NCBI GenBank assembly: GCA_964035545.1
Contig: OZ037769.1
Span: 4,817,929 to 4,881,928, forward strand
Length of the DNA: 64,000 bases
From: Bugula neritina
Taxonomy: Eukaryota > Animalia > Bryozoa
Direction: 5' to 3'
Shown in pieces: positions 25,201 to 39,400 of this stretch. The notes under the pieces were generated by a model. The model was not told the DNA's origin. It searched no databases and saw only the letters and a program-made list of their open reading frames with translations. How positions within the stretch are numbered: position 1 is the stretch's first letter; each line of letters begins with the position of its first letter. Made by a program: the position numbers and the translations under genes.

Positions 25201-28197
25201 TATGTTTTGGCTTGTTTCACTCCTCTACTACTCCTTCACCCTGACTCAGTCGTGGGACTTTATTCGAAGTACTTATGGCTTTGTGTGAGTATTTTCTTTG
25301 TTAGGTTCAATTATTTTGATGTCATTACAACAGTTTTTAAAACCTAGATTAGTTATCTTCATTTTATCACAAGCTTTCCATTTTAATTCACTTTTAAACA
25401 AGTTAGTTTGAACAATAATGTTATTAGTTATCTTCATTTTAAAGATTGCTCCATGCTAAATTATGTTGAGGTGTCTTAGATGATGGAAGCTTTCTGATTG
25501 CAACTGAAACCTTACAGTTGAAATAATAAAATTTAATTTGCTTTTCTATACATTTTGTATAATTTGTTTCCTATACTTTAATCTAAAATTTTCTTGCTTT
25601 TATAAGTGAATTAATCTTTATGAAAAAATAAGTACCCTTAAGGTATGAATACCAAAAAATTCACCTGTAGAGTTGACAATCACCTGCAGATACTATGCTG
25701 ACCATGTTTCTAGACTTTTTTTCTAACATTTTAGAATCATGGTTCCTGAATTAACGCCCAACATGGGAATATTCTGGTACTTCTTTACTGAAGTCTTTCA
25801 GCATTTCGAGCTTTTCTTCATCATAGTGTTTCAAGTCAATGCATTTATATATACCATTCCTCTCGCAATTAAACTAAGGTGAGTAATACATATTGCTAGT
25901 GCAGCACTGTAGTTTGGAGTTGTGTTTTCTATATAACCATAAGCCAAACTTGTGTAATTCAACAAGTCTAGTGGTAGCCTTAGTGAATCTGTTTAGCCAG
26001 ATCTATTCAGTAGGAACTCACTCTAAATTGTTCAATAATCTGGCGAAAATATCTTTCCCATCTTTCCAAGTTATAACATGTCATTAAAGTTGTCGGTAAT
26101 CATATTTATTTCTTCTTACTAAAGTGGAATTTTACTAAACAATATACTCTTGCATTTGTATTTTAGTTCAACAAGATGCCTAGACAGCAATATATTTTGT
26201 TCTTTTTTCTTTCCAAATATAAATTCTAATTTTCATTTTAGAAACCATTCCGTCTTTTTACTTTATACACTGATAGTCCTGATCTCAATATTCAAGTCGT
26301 ACCCTACTTATGCTGATGTTGGTTTCTATCTCAGTTTCATACCTTGTTGGAGCTTCACTCATAAATGTAAGTTGATTTTGTCAATCTTCAATTGCAGCAA
26401 AGACAACTCCACTTTCTTCTAATGACCATAATAATATGTGGCCATAATAAGCCATCATAGTAGTTATAACTGCCATGTATATTTCTGTAGTTGAAATTGT
26501 TTATGCTGTAAAATATCCAGTATATTTAAGTATCCAGCGTTACCTTGTGTCTAATTATGAATAGAGAGTTTGAAAATTTTTTGGGATTTCATTTTATTGT
26601 GTGAACTTAAAGGACACATTTAGTGCACACAATACATGTATTGTCTACAATATATTTATTTCGTGCAATACATTTATTGCATGCAATGCCTTTATTACAT
26701 ACAATACATTTATTGTATGCAACGCCGTTATTGCATACAACACAAATTTATTTCATGCAATACATGTATTGCGTACAATACAGTTATTTCATGCAATACA
26801 TTTATTTTATACAACACAGTTATTGCATGCAATACATGTATTGCGTACAATAGAGTTATTGCATGCAATACATTTAATTACAGACATGAAGAATGTATTC
26901 ATAGTAAGCAACATGTACGTCTGGTGTGCTGCTCTTTCCCCCGTGTTTTATCATCTGTGGATCTACGCTGGAAGTGCCAATGCTAACTTCTACTTCGCAC
27001 TCACTCTGGTATTCAATGGAGCTCAGGTTAGTAGACTGTGTTCTCTCAGTTAGTAGACTGTGTTCCTTCAGTTAGTAGACTGTGTTCTCTCAGTTAGTAA
27101 ACGGTGTTCTCTCAGTTAGTAGACTGTGTTCCCTCAGTTAGTAGACTGCGTTCCTTTAGTTAGTATACTGTGTTCCTTCTGTTAGTAGGCTGTGTTCCTT
27201 TAGTTAGTAGACTGTGTTCCTTCAGTTCGTAGACTGTATTTTCTCAGCTAATAGACTGTGTTCCCTCAGTTAGTAGACTGTGTTCCCTCAGTTAGTAGAC
27301 TGTGTTCCCTCAGTTAGTAGACTGTGTTCCCTCAGCTAGTAGACTGTGTTCCCTCAGCTAGTAGACTGTGTTCCCTCAGCTAGTAGACTGTGTTCTCTCA
27401 GTTAGTAGACTGTGTTCCCTCAGTTAGTAGACTGCGTTCCTTTAGTTAGTAGACTGTGTTCCTTCAGTTAGTAGACTGTGTTCCTTCAGTTAGTAGACTG
27501 TGTTCTCTCAGTTAGTAAACGGTGTTCTCTCAGTTAGTAGACTGTGTTCCCTCAGTTAGTAGACTGCGTTCCTTTAGTTAGTATACTGTGTTCCTTCTGT
27601 TAGTAGGCTGTGTTCCTTTAGTTAGTAGACTGTGTTCCTTCAGTTCGTAGACTGTATTTTCTCAGCTAATAGACTGTGTTCCCTCAGTTAGTAGACTGTG
27701 TTCCCTCAGTTAGTAGACTGTGTTCCCTCAGTTAGTAGACTGTGTTCCCTCAGCTAGTAGACTGTGTTCCCTCAGCTAGTAGACTGTGTTCCCTCAGCTA
27801 GTAGACTGTGTTCCTTCAGCTAGTAGACTGTGTTCCCTCAGTTAGACTGTGTTCCCTCAGTTAGTAGGCTGTGTTCCCTCAGTTAGACTGTGTTCCCTTA
27901 AGTTAGTAGACTGTGTTCCCTCAGCTAGTAGACTGTGTTCCCTCAGCTAGTAGACTGTGTTCCCTCAGCTAGTAGACTGTGTTCCCTCAGTTAGTAGACT
28001 GTGTTCCTTCAGCTAGTAGACTGTGTTCCCTCAAGTTACAAAAGTTGTTTGCAATGTTTCAGATCTTCTTCGTCTCAGATTTGATATTAGCCTACCTTAG
28101 GAGAGACTTTGATTTGCACCACCCTCTACCAGCTACTGACACTGAGAAAGCTAAACTCACCTCCTCACAGGAAGTTGATGATGTCATACTTAATTAG
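22208..28197 (+). CDS. PIGU: GPI transamidase subunit PIG-U
   Basis: Exons 22208-22337 ([11 protein letters not shown]), 22902-22966 ([17 protein letters not shown]), 23197-23268, 23611-23673, 24184-24391 ([16 protein letters not shown]), 24639-24736, 25127-25284 ([11 protein letters not shown]), 25735-25878 ([22 protein letters not shown]), 26242-26366 ([14 protein letters not shown]), 26884-27026 ([16 protein letters not shown]), 28063-28197 (stop). These are hallmark PIG-U motifs. Confidence 0.96.
23701..23838. mobile_element. MITE family M3, diverged copy
   Basis: ACTGCGTTTCC start; ATTTGTGGTTGCTGTTTGCATTAACTCATGGTTGTGGTTTCAT shared with the other copies. Confidence 0.55.
26625..26878. 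repeat. Degenerate palindromic minisatellite abutting a PIGU acceptor
   Basis: Recurrent GCAATACATGTATTGC / TACAATACATTTATTG units up to the CAG at 26883. Confidence 0.8.
27023..28033. repeat. 22-bp minisatellite (~46 copies) filling the last PIGU intron, with a 418-bp higher-order duplication
   Basis: Unit CAGTTAGTAGACTGTGTTCCCT; diagnostic variant units recur at +418 (27091/27509; 27223/27641). Confidence 0.96.
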
Positions 28198-28651
28198 TAC
28201 TTCCTGTTATGAAGTCATGCCAGCCACCTGTGTGGCTGTTTGTAGTTGGTCTACATGGTGTATATAAGTGATGGTTTAGCTTTTATCACTGTGACATTTC
28301 ACCTCCTAAACATTTTGCAAAACTTTCTATTATTCATTATAATAGTATTGAGAACCTGTCTTTTGTAAATTATTAATTTTTCAACATAGTTATTGATTTT
28401 AGCAATGGATGGATAGTTAGCAGCACAATTATATATGACATTCTTTTTTCTCATTGTTTCGGAATTCCATATGTTGTTAATGTTTGCATAGCTTAACATT
28501 CATACTCTTGTTGACCTATCGAGGTAGCGCACTTGTTCTCATTCATTTATGTTTTTAACAATCGGTTGAACACATAAGATTGTTAAGTAAAAATATATTC
28601 CATTTCTTCACTTTTATTCAGCCTTACTAAAACTTTCGAACTTAGGCAATT

Positions 28652-30646
28652 ATGTTCGAAGCAACTGACTCAGAGAATAGAACTGTGGTAAGTATTGTAA
28701 CTTACTTCAATTTACTTGTTGGTGTTCCAAGTTGTGACTCAGTAGGTGCTGTAACAGCGATTTTAGAAACCACATACAAAGATCTATAATATCATATTTT
28801 AAGATTCTTCACATTATGCTAATTAATATCAACAAATGTTGAACAGATTGTTAGAAAAGTCTGCTTTCCAGGGTTTCAAAATAATATATTGGAAGTGTTA
28901 GATTTAATAGTTGGTAAACACCAACACTTGGAAGAAGTCTAGGACATTCTTCTAAATAATGTGTAATTACCGAACTATACTACTGATGCATACAACACAT
29001 AACTTAGGAACCCTATTATCACTTGAGTTTCTTGGCATCTGAAGCATAAAATATCAGAAACATTTCAGGTGGTCAGAACTCAGTCTGATACGCAAGATTA
29101 GTATTAACATGCTGACTCCCTTCTTTGAGGTTTTGGTGTTCTGACCACTCAATGATATGTTCAATAATTGTTCTATAATAAACTTTGTGTGAACATGCCT
29201 TGAATTAATTAGGGATTTCTAATCGATCGCTGATGGCGTTTCCAGTCGGTCTGAAGTTTTTGGTGTTATAAAACTAATAATTATTGCTGACTTTCATAGC
29301 ATTGCTGCTTCAACACACAGCTTAATAACTGAGCAGGCTTGAAACTTTCAAGTTTGAACTTTTTGAGCATTGCAAAAATTCAACCCTTTCCATTATTTTT
29401 GAGATGATATTATAATCATTGTATTGATGAATCACATAGGAAGTGCGTAGTGGTAAATGATAGATATGGCTTCGTGTTTATACTCTAAGGCTAAAAACTT
29501 ATAATCTGCTGTCTGGTATTGGTTTGGCAGGCTCCGCGTGAGAGGCGTGACACGGGATCCACGCAGGTGGACAGCGCACAGGAGGATGGCGTATCAGTTC
29601 TCTCTCACACTTCTCATCCGCATTCAGAACCTAGCACCTCTAGAAGTAGTGCAGAAAACAACGATTCTAGAAATAGTGAAACCCATAGTGAGGGAGACAA
29701 CTCCTCTGCAACAGTTAACAATCAAGCTAGAATTCCATCTATTGAAACTATTGAACCTATAGAAGATTACATAAACTACAGAAACCAACTAAGACTCTTG
29801 TTCTATAAAAACAAAGCCCTGTATGAACTTTACATCTTCATACAGTGGACAGTTTCAATATGTTTTACTATTTATATGATTCTACCGCAGGACTTTTTAG
29901 ACAAAACATGGAACTCAATGGTATGGAAAGTATTTGGTTTCAATCTTGTATGCCGTATTGCCAGTTACACAAGATATTCCCAAATTCTGAATAAGGAAAA
30001 GGCGTGGCACCCATTAGCCTTAGCAACTCACATTATAGTCGTGATTTTAATGAGCTTCGGAAATCACATCCTTAAAAATGCCCCCGAAATTATCGATGCC
30101 GATACATTCATTCAATTCTTGTTTTATTTGTTAGTTGTACCAATGCAATGGCATTTCTATATTACCGTATTAAAAAGTTCGGTAGAGAAAATGAATAAGC
30201 TTCTTCAACACAAACTGCAAGTTGAGGAAATGTTGGAAAAGCATGGCGTGTTGCTTTTCTCAATACATGAAGTGATCTATGTTGCGTTGGATGTTGCAGC
30301 TAACACCAGTACACCTATTCGGTTTGCAGCTTGTATCAATCAAACGCTAGTGATTGGTGCCATGTATCTACCTGCTTGGTACTACATTGCTAAGCATTTC
30401 CTCTGGTACTTCACGGAGAGCGAGGATAGTGGAGACAGATCGGACTATGATGTTGAGGTTCGGAGCTTGGCATGGTTTGAAGTGACAGAATCAGTTTTAT
30501 CTATTGCGTTTATTACAATTCTTACACCCATTGCTAAATGCATGTATGCCTATTTATATCTTAACTGGCTTTTTGATCATGATGAATTTTTTCTGTCTGG
30601 AAGTTTCACTGAAATATTGTGGTGGGTCATCCATGGACAAGGCTAG
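28652..30646 (+). CDS. Uncharacterised multi-pass membrane protein (~383 aa, about 7 hydrophobic segments), two coding exons
   Basis: Exon 1 28652-28687 (ATG..MFEATDSENRTV|GTAAGT, phase 0) joins in frame to exon 2 29531-30646 (TTTGGCAG|GCT, phase 0), a >1.1 kb open frame in AT-rich DNA. Ser/acidic disordered N-terminus followed by multiple hydrophobic helices. Confidence 0.8.
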
Positions 30647-30671
30647 ACTACATGCTCTACTCATTGCCATT

Positions 30672-30850
30672 GCAACTGTAATGTAGTGGTTAGAGCGCTA
30701 GCTTTGTAAACACAAGTGGCCCTAGTCCAAACATCAGCGGTGATGTCAGGAAGAGCATCCAGTCATAATTGCTCCTGTGCCACTTCTGAATAAGTCTTTA
30801 GCCTGATTAAAAAAGTACACTTCCATCAGGGGTTTCTCATAGGGATAGTA
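30672..30850 (+). mobile_element. SINE S1 copy just downstream of the orphan membrane gene stop
   Basis: tRNA-like head GTAGTGGTTAGAGCGC plus GGTGATGTCAGGAAGAGCATCCAGTCATAATTGCTCCTGTGCC...CATCAGGGGTTTCTCATAGGGATAG. Confidence 0.82.
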
Positions 30851-32996
30851 ATAGATTCCACACTGTCTTAACCTTTCAATTAAAAGTATACCCTTCCTCA
30901 GTATGGACAGATTGTAGTGCATGGTGTTTATTTTATTTCTTTTCATTTTAAAAATATTGAACACGCTGGCCACATATGATACTTTGGCTTAGTGGGCCTT
31001 CATGTGCTAACAGGCAATGGCGCTAATCACGCTGCATGTTGTATGATCACAAAAAATACCTGCCACAGATGGTGTCTAACTGTAATGCTGTTTTAGCATG
31101 AAGAATATCTAGCACTAGATTTGACCTACAAACAACTTTTTTGATTTAAAGTTATATTTCTCAAGGTGACTCCAACGGGCTGAGTCAATTAAAATGTAAT
31201 GTCTTGATTAGTTAGATTGCACATAAATCTTCAGAATAATTTTTTCAAGTTATTTAATCCTTTTTCTTCATATTATTTATTATTGCATTCTTTTATTTCT
31301 CTACTACTAAATTATTTTTTTCAAGTTTTTCGTGTCACAATATGCAGACACAAAACTTAAATATTTACTGCGTGCTGTTGGCCATTATGGTATAGACTAT
31401 AGAACAAATTTTAGCTTGTATTGAAGAAACTCAACTAAAAATTGTGACTAGATTAGTTTTTATTTACAAGAAAACCTTCTCGCGGAGGATGCAATGGTTT
31501 CATGCAACCTTGGCGCAAATTTCGGTTTATTTAAGCAACGCTCTAACCCCTAGACCACGGCTGTTTAAATATATTATTTTCTTAATGATATTTTTTAGCA
31601 GAAGTGTGATTTCAATGAACTTAACAAACATATAATGACAGTTGTCTTTATGTAATCTTTTTACAAGAACTTTGTGAGTAAAGGTGGTAGTTGAGTCAGT
31701 TTTAGAAGCACTTATATTTTCTATTTTATCTTTATAATTTTCTGCTTTGTTTTTTGATAGAATGATACTAAGCAGTCCTGTTATTTTGCATAGCTTGCAT
31801 AATACTATACTGCATTGAATATATCTTATATATTTTAGTTGCTCAAAATAAAAAACAATACATTTAATTTATAAAATACAGAACTTTTGGGAAAAGTATC
31901 TATTGCAAGCACATGCATGTGCTACTTGATGGATAAACATCTTTATTACTACAAGCATATACCCAGTAGCACTAGAGGTTTTTACTAAACATAGACCTTA
32001 ACAATTTAACTATAATAATCACAGCAGGAATTTTCAATTTGATCAATATATAGATTGCAATTCATAAAGAGCTGCCAAAGTTCAGCTAAAAACTTAGTAA
32101 ACCACAATCCTTGTAAAGTACAAATCACATCATTGACTCCTCAACCGAGTATGAAAACCAACTAGTTGACTACTTAATAGCTGGTTTGATGTAAAGTGTT
32201 TTAACCTTTACATTTTAGCTGTGTTCAAACTTAAGAACTAAAGGAGGTTTCGCAGCATAAAACATGTCTTACATACAAGCATAAGCATTGAAAGTTCCTC
32301 ATTGAGCTGAATAGTAGTTATGCAATAGTGTTAAGAAAATTGCATACTAAAGAAAACTGCCTAATGGAATGTTTTTTATGTCAACAGCTTTAAATAGATC
32401 TATCCATTAACAGGGGCTCAAGTGTTATTCAGTGTGGGTGACATATTAATTATTTAGTCAAGTTTTAATGCAATATCAATATGTTATGTTTATTTAAACA
32501 ATATATGTTTGCACTATCATATAAAGTAAAGTTACTTGTGCTTTGTAGATGTGAAAATACCGTTATATTGTTAATCCCAATCACCAAGAAGTTGCGTAAA
32601 AGGAGGAAAAATATATTTTGCCAAGAGATGCAAACTTTATAAATATTTAAAAAATTGTCAAAGTAACATAATTATACGGGCAAAAAGAACTTATTCTAGA
32701 AATAATTGAGAAGTAATAGAAGCATATAAATAAAAAGAAATCGATGACAATATTCAATATTCAAGTCAATAGATCAATATAATAAATAACAAATATCAGC
32801 ATCAATAAAACAGTTAAAGACTAATCACAAACATAGACAGTATGTCCAGTAAAAGCACAATATTCCAGCAAAGGAACATTACATGCAGTCAGCACAACTT
32901 ATTTCGTTTGCCAAGATACACAAGTGTATCAATATACTGTTGATCAAAATATAAAATTACAAGACTTTTTGCACAATGCATCAACTCATTCACAAG

Positions 32997-33402
32997 CTAA
33001 TCCTTCACAGCCTGTCTAGATGGAAGGTTCCTCACCAACATAGTCATGTGATCACACAACTCCATCACCACGACAACCACCAACACTCTACCATCCGCCG
33101 TGCTTACGTACAGAGTTCTGTCATCTTCGCCAACTTTCAACCCGACTGCTCGGCCATGTAACAGAAAATGGCTCTTTTCTGCGCCGTTCCGAGTGTTGAC
33201 AATTTTGACGGCGGAGAGACACTCTGTGACTACAGCCATGTAGTTACCGTCCAACAACAATACCGGAGCTATACAATCACTCGGACTCAAGTTTAGCTCT
33301 AAGGTGCTCAACAGTTGACCTGTGAAAGATTTCAAAAATCACTGAAGTTATTGAGTAGAGGACACAAGTATGCAGGCCTTAAAACTCAGGGCACCATATA
33401 CA

Positions 33403-33493
<91 letters not shown>

Positions 33494-36400
33494 CTTTTTT
33501 GATTTGCTGTAGTTTAAAGCTCATATCTAAAGTTTTGAATTATTTTCAAAAAAGTTACCAATATCTCAAAATAAATCGAAAGCAGAATCAACAGAATAAG
33601 CACTCCCTGCTTGCTGGCATTTCTCTCATTTCTTCTAATAATATCATTTCATAACAAAAAAGAGTGATAACTTCAAAATAATTCTAAAATTCACTATTAA
33701 TCTATCAAATACCTCAGTTCAAGTTTATAGTTAAAAATTCAAGCCAACGCCTCGCAACATAACAACTATCAATGGGCAATTAATCTGTTTTCGTTTTTCA
33801 ATTCATGTTTTATAAAACATTACCCTACATCTCAAATCAAAGCCTGTGTAGAAATTAAGACAATTTAGACTAGATAAAACTTCTCTGGTTTAGCAAACAG
33901 CTGACACACCTGTTTTTCCACTGTACACCTTGAAGTCGTGCACTGCGTATGTGAGATATTTACTAAAGAGGAGTTGATCTGTAGGTATGGTTGGTATGAG
34001 GTAATCAGATATATGGTGTAATACTGAGCGGGTTAAAAGGTCATACAACAAGAAACCCTTTTTCATTGGATAGCCAACATCTACAGTGTAATCATCTTTG
34101 TAGGGGGGCAGTTTGTCTGCAATTCAATACACAACTGTTGCATAAAGATATTTCAACCTTACAAGAAAAACCATTATATGGTATTGCTGTGGTATGCATC
34201 AGAGGTTTGGTACATATTTATAGGTCGTCAAAAGTTAAGAGATTTTCATTCATTTTCTGAAGACACCCTTCGAGGATTTTACATTTAGTACGTTGACAGA
34301 GACAATAAACGTGTATAATCTCAAATATGACGAACAGTTTTAAAGATTCTTTTGACATCAGTTTTGATATCCAAATTAAGATAAGACAAGAAGAAAATTG
34401 AAATCAACCCATGACTGCTTCATAAAACAAAACTGTTGATGTTATATACTGAAATATTAATTAATGGTTAAAATCCTTCATATTAAGGAAAATAATCAGA
34501 AAACAGAAACATTATTGTAGAAGACGTTGACATACCCCTGGAGTACATGAGTAACAGCTGGTATTCGACATTGGTTTCTCGCATATTCATAAAAAATGTC
34601 TTCTTCTCTCCTGTCAAGTCAAAGCAGTTAATAGCCGTCCTGTCCTTAGCACTGGAGGTGAATGTATCAAACAGGTAGAGCTGCAATAATGCAGGCTGAT
34701 ATAGCATAGGCGTCAGGTGATAGATGTGACAGTAGATGGCAGGTTGTAGGAGATGTGAGGTGACAGTAGATGTGAGGCGACAGTAAATGTCAGGTTTTGG
34801 TAGATGTGAGGTGACAGTAGATGGCAGGTTGTGGGAGATGTGAGGTGACAGTAGATGTCAGGTGAGAGTAGATGTCAGTAGATGTGATGTGACGGCTGAA
34901 TTAAAACTTAATAAGCTAAGTTTTAATACTGAAGACACTTTCTACAGTCATACATGTTTTAATACTGTAACGCCAGAAGTTTTTCATCAAAATCAGATAA
35001 CATAGCCTATGCAAGAAAATAGAAGTCAGAATTGAGTTCAGTTTTTTTTTCAAGTTCATAGGATAAGCTAAGCAATGTGAACCACTTGCAAACTTGTATA
35101 TTGTGAGTGTTTACAGACATTAAAGGGGTTTCAACAAGTGTCTGACAACGTGTACACACAATATTTGTACTCAGAATATTCAACGTGCAACATTATAGCG
35201 TAGCTCTGTTACTTATAATACATAAGTTTAGCTATGAGATTGCATCAGGTTAAGCTTTACGAATCATGAAGGAACAAATAAAAAAGCTTTTGCTAAGAGA
35301 GAGAAAGATAACGAGCAGCAACCTTTGTTTAGACAGCAAACACCCACATTCATATAAAAAACATTGACATCTTCAAGCAGAACAACAATTGTACATATAG
35401 TACACTTACACCAGCATAGAATACATGTATATACACAACAAATGTGAATTGTAACATACTTACATCAGCTTACACATGTAGCATAGACAACAAATGTGAA
35501 CTGTACATATAGTATACTTACACCAGCGCAGACATGCATATAGGAGAGAAAATTATTACAGTGACAGAAACTTGTTAATATAAAGAGAAATATCAGAGCT
35601 GACGTGACAAAAAAGTTGTTTGACTTACATATACATTCTCTGTAGGCAAGAGAGTAAACTCGTAAAACTCTCCCTTTAACCAGTAATCATGGTTTTACAA
35701 ACAAATAAAAATTAATAAAAAGGCTGAGGTTGAAGAAGTTTGCCAAAAGAGGTCTAGAAAAAAATGGCGTAGGTCCTTTCACTGCAGAGTTATCCAAATA
35801 TGTAATAAAATTTAACTAGTATTCAATAAAGAAAATATTTATCTATTAGGTTAAGAATACAGCCTTGGTACCTGAACATTGTCGACCCTTTGTTCCATGA
35901 CCATGCCAGAGAACTTAGTCTTAATACATGGTTGAATAAGACACACGAGCCAATTCTTTTTACTGTAGACTAAGGGTTCACCTATTACATCCCCATCTGG
36001 TAGGGTGATTTTGTGTTCATCAACATCCTCACCCTAAAAGTAGTGAGTCTACATAGATTCTCAAGCTATATAAAACATGTAAGCCCTATACATTATAAGT
36101 AAAACAGAGTATCTGGTAAAATTAAAAATCTAGACAGATGATAACAAAAATAGATATATTTAAAAAATTAGATCAATAGAATAACTAACCAAACAAATAA
36201 ATAAACTAATAAATAAATAAACAAACAAATAAATAAATAACAGAATAAATAAATAGATAGATAGATAAAAAACAAGCAACTGCTTGAATGTTACCTTTAG
36301 ATTGTAACAGAGGGCAATAAAGAGTTTGTTACTGGGATCAGAGGGCGAGAAACTGGAACAGGAGAGGGCAACTACAACTTCGTCATCTGAGCTGAAGGTC

Positions 36401-39400
36401 ACTAAAATCAAGTAATAATATGATATAACATAACAATGAAACTATGTGACAGTATTTGGCTCATGCTGCTGGGTACTGAGCTGTAGTAACATTTCTAAAA
36501 CCACTGCATATTCTACTTCTTGGTGATAGGTCTTCTGTGACACAGCATTTTTACAATTAGAAAGTTAGAGTTACTGAATCTACTTGACTTATAAATATGA
36601 CCAGCAGACGAATAAACACACATCTTGAAGAAGGAAAGGAGAAAATTGTCTAATCACTGCCTTATGCAAAACTAACTGAGTCTTTAAAGATGCCCTTCCC
36701 GGCAGTTCTGTCTTAACACATTGTACAACACATTGTTCAAACGTTATGTTGGTTCAAACTATAACAAATTACAGGCTTTCAAGTAAAAGAAATTCTGGAT
36801 AAAAGAAAACTTTTAAGCTGCAGACTAAAATAGCTGATTAAGCTAAAGAATAAGGTGGCACTAATAAACTAACCAATCAGTTATAAATAAATGAATTTAA
36901 TTCTACACCACGTTGGGTTTTAGATGTACGGAACGATTTAGTTGAAGACAAGATAGCAACACTGACCAGAGTAGCAGTTGACAAAGAAGTGGGTGACTCG
37001 GTTGGCCACCGCACTCCAGACATAGTCAGATCTCAGTCTAGGCCAGGGCACTGTGCCTTCAGTCTCATTGCTGCATCTAGTCACAACAAACTGTGCACAG
37101 GGGGAGATGATTACCTGAAGAGAACAAATAAAACTGTACAAATAATACCTGCACTGTAGAAAAATTACAAAATAAGTAATAAACAGAGTTGAAGTTAAAG
37201 TGACCGCATTGTGTGAGAAATATAACGCATCAAACAAAAATAGTTGACATATTGATGAGCAGACAACTTCAACACTTGCACTTCATGAACTTAGAAAAGG
37301 TGATCTACTGGGATGCTAAAGCCTTTTTACTTTAGTTTACCGCAAGCCAAAAGATAGTCATATATAAACTATGACCATAAAGTTCGAAGAGATCTAAACA
37401 TGAAGTAAACAGCTTTCTAGAAAATTCTGGTAGACACTGACTGATGAACTTTCATGAAACAGACATATATGCCATCCTTATAGAGGTCATTGAAGATGCA
37501 ATGAAGCATATCTGGCTACAGATTCTCTTGCACTAGATAACACACTTATACACAGCTTAGGATAAAGACTCCGTAACCAACCAAACAGCTAATCAGTACT
37601 CTAGTTTCTGTGCAGTTTTATGACTTTGCCACATAAGAGCCGTATACAATATACATTGGTGGGCGAAATTTACACTGAGAGGTTGAGAGCCCGCAGCAAA
37701 TGAGTCATACAGGCGGTGAAGCACATCTCCTGTGGAGCAGTCAATGACTTTAGCATCGGGATAGTCGACGTTACAGACGGCCATCTTGGACCCATCACGG
37801 CTCACAGAAAATGAGGATACTTCACCCGGGTAGAAATTATTCTTATGTCTACAGAATCAAGTCATGCTTTTTTCATATCATAAAACAAAACAAATTACAA
37901 ATTTGGATGACAATTAACCTTTTTGTTGAGAATATTTTTACTAAATATTTAAATAAAAGGTTAGAAAAAAACAGTTTAATATACTAACTTTAGCAGAATT
38001 AAATAATGGTTCGATTTAGCAGTTAAGCGTTTGTGTGTGAGTGTGTGCGCGTGTATATATGTGTGCCTATAATATAGGCCCTACAATATACTTCGCCCTT
38101 AATAGTCAAAGCGTTGCCCATATGAAATGACAATATTAAGCTCCACCCACTTTGCAACTGATCGTGCCATGTCAATATCCCACACATTGATGATGCCATT
38201 TTCTAGGACCGACACGGCTTTGTTGAGTTTAGGGCAGGCGAGAAAACTCCAAACATCACAGGGAAACGGTACCTCTGCATGGCGTATTACACTGCCATTT
38301 GAAGCATCAAATATTCCTTCAAAAAGAGACGAAAACAAATTAGCAACTACAAAGCAGGTAAACAATATCAATAATATTTACATTAATTTAGATTAATAAT
38401 TTGTTCATAATAAATTACAAAATACTTTGTGAACAAATACTCTGAACATTAATAATTAAGCTTGTATGTTGCTCCTCCCCCAACATATCATCTTTCAGTA
38501 CAAACCTAGAATATTTTCTATGATATGAATTTCCTCAATAAATAATATATAATATATGGTATAGTAGTACAGCGTAGTAAACTGTAACGTATATTTATTT
38601 AACCTGGAACTCTAGAACAATAAAAGAGTAGTATTCTTGTAATATATTATATAATCTAGAGGAGTTATGTTTCAGATGAAAACCTGTACCTATAGTTCTT
38701 TCCCGGGCAGCTATAACCTTCTGCCCATCACAGGTAAAATAGGCTGACACTATGTCATGACTTGACGTGCTGTGAGACAGGTCTGTGATGGTATACTGCG
38801 CAGTGCGGGTGGCTGTGTCTACCACCCGCACATACTTCTTAGAGTGGATAAGGAGCTGAGACTTGTCATCTGACAGGTGCATATCTACAATGCTTGGCTC
38901 TTGGAGTATGACAGAAACAGACGCCTTCTTCTTGTATCGACTCACAGAGTACTAAAAGTTATTACAATACTTTTTACAGCTTGGCATACTATACCACAAT
39001 GCACTGCATAGTATACCACACTGCATTGCATGCTATACCACAATGCATTGCACACTATACCACAATGAATTACATGGTATATCACAATGCATTGCATGCT
39101 ATACCACAATGCATCGCAGGCTATACCACAATGAATTGCATACTATACCACAATGAATTGTATGCTATACCAAAATGCATTGCATGCTATACCACAATAC
39201 AATAAGGATATGAAAAGAATTTCACTCTCTTTGGAATTTATTCAGTGTTTTCAAACCTTTAAATAATTGGTAGTAAAAAGAATAAGAAAAGCATCTCTTT
39301 ATATTAAGCATAATTAAAAGTTAGAAGTTATCTTACCATGGTTACATAATGCGAGGAGGAGAGAACAATGAAGGTGTCGGGGTTTGAGAGAAAAAGGATC

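Noticed and set aside
27023-28033. CRISPR-like regular repeat
   Set aside because: Head-to-tail units with no unique spacers, inside a eukaryotic intron, and no cas genes.
29519-29530. TTG start given by the ORF track
   Set aside because: Better explained as intron sequence before the acceptor at 29530, with the ATG supplied by exon 28652-28687.
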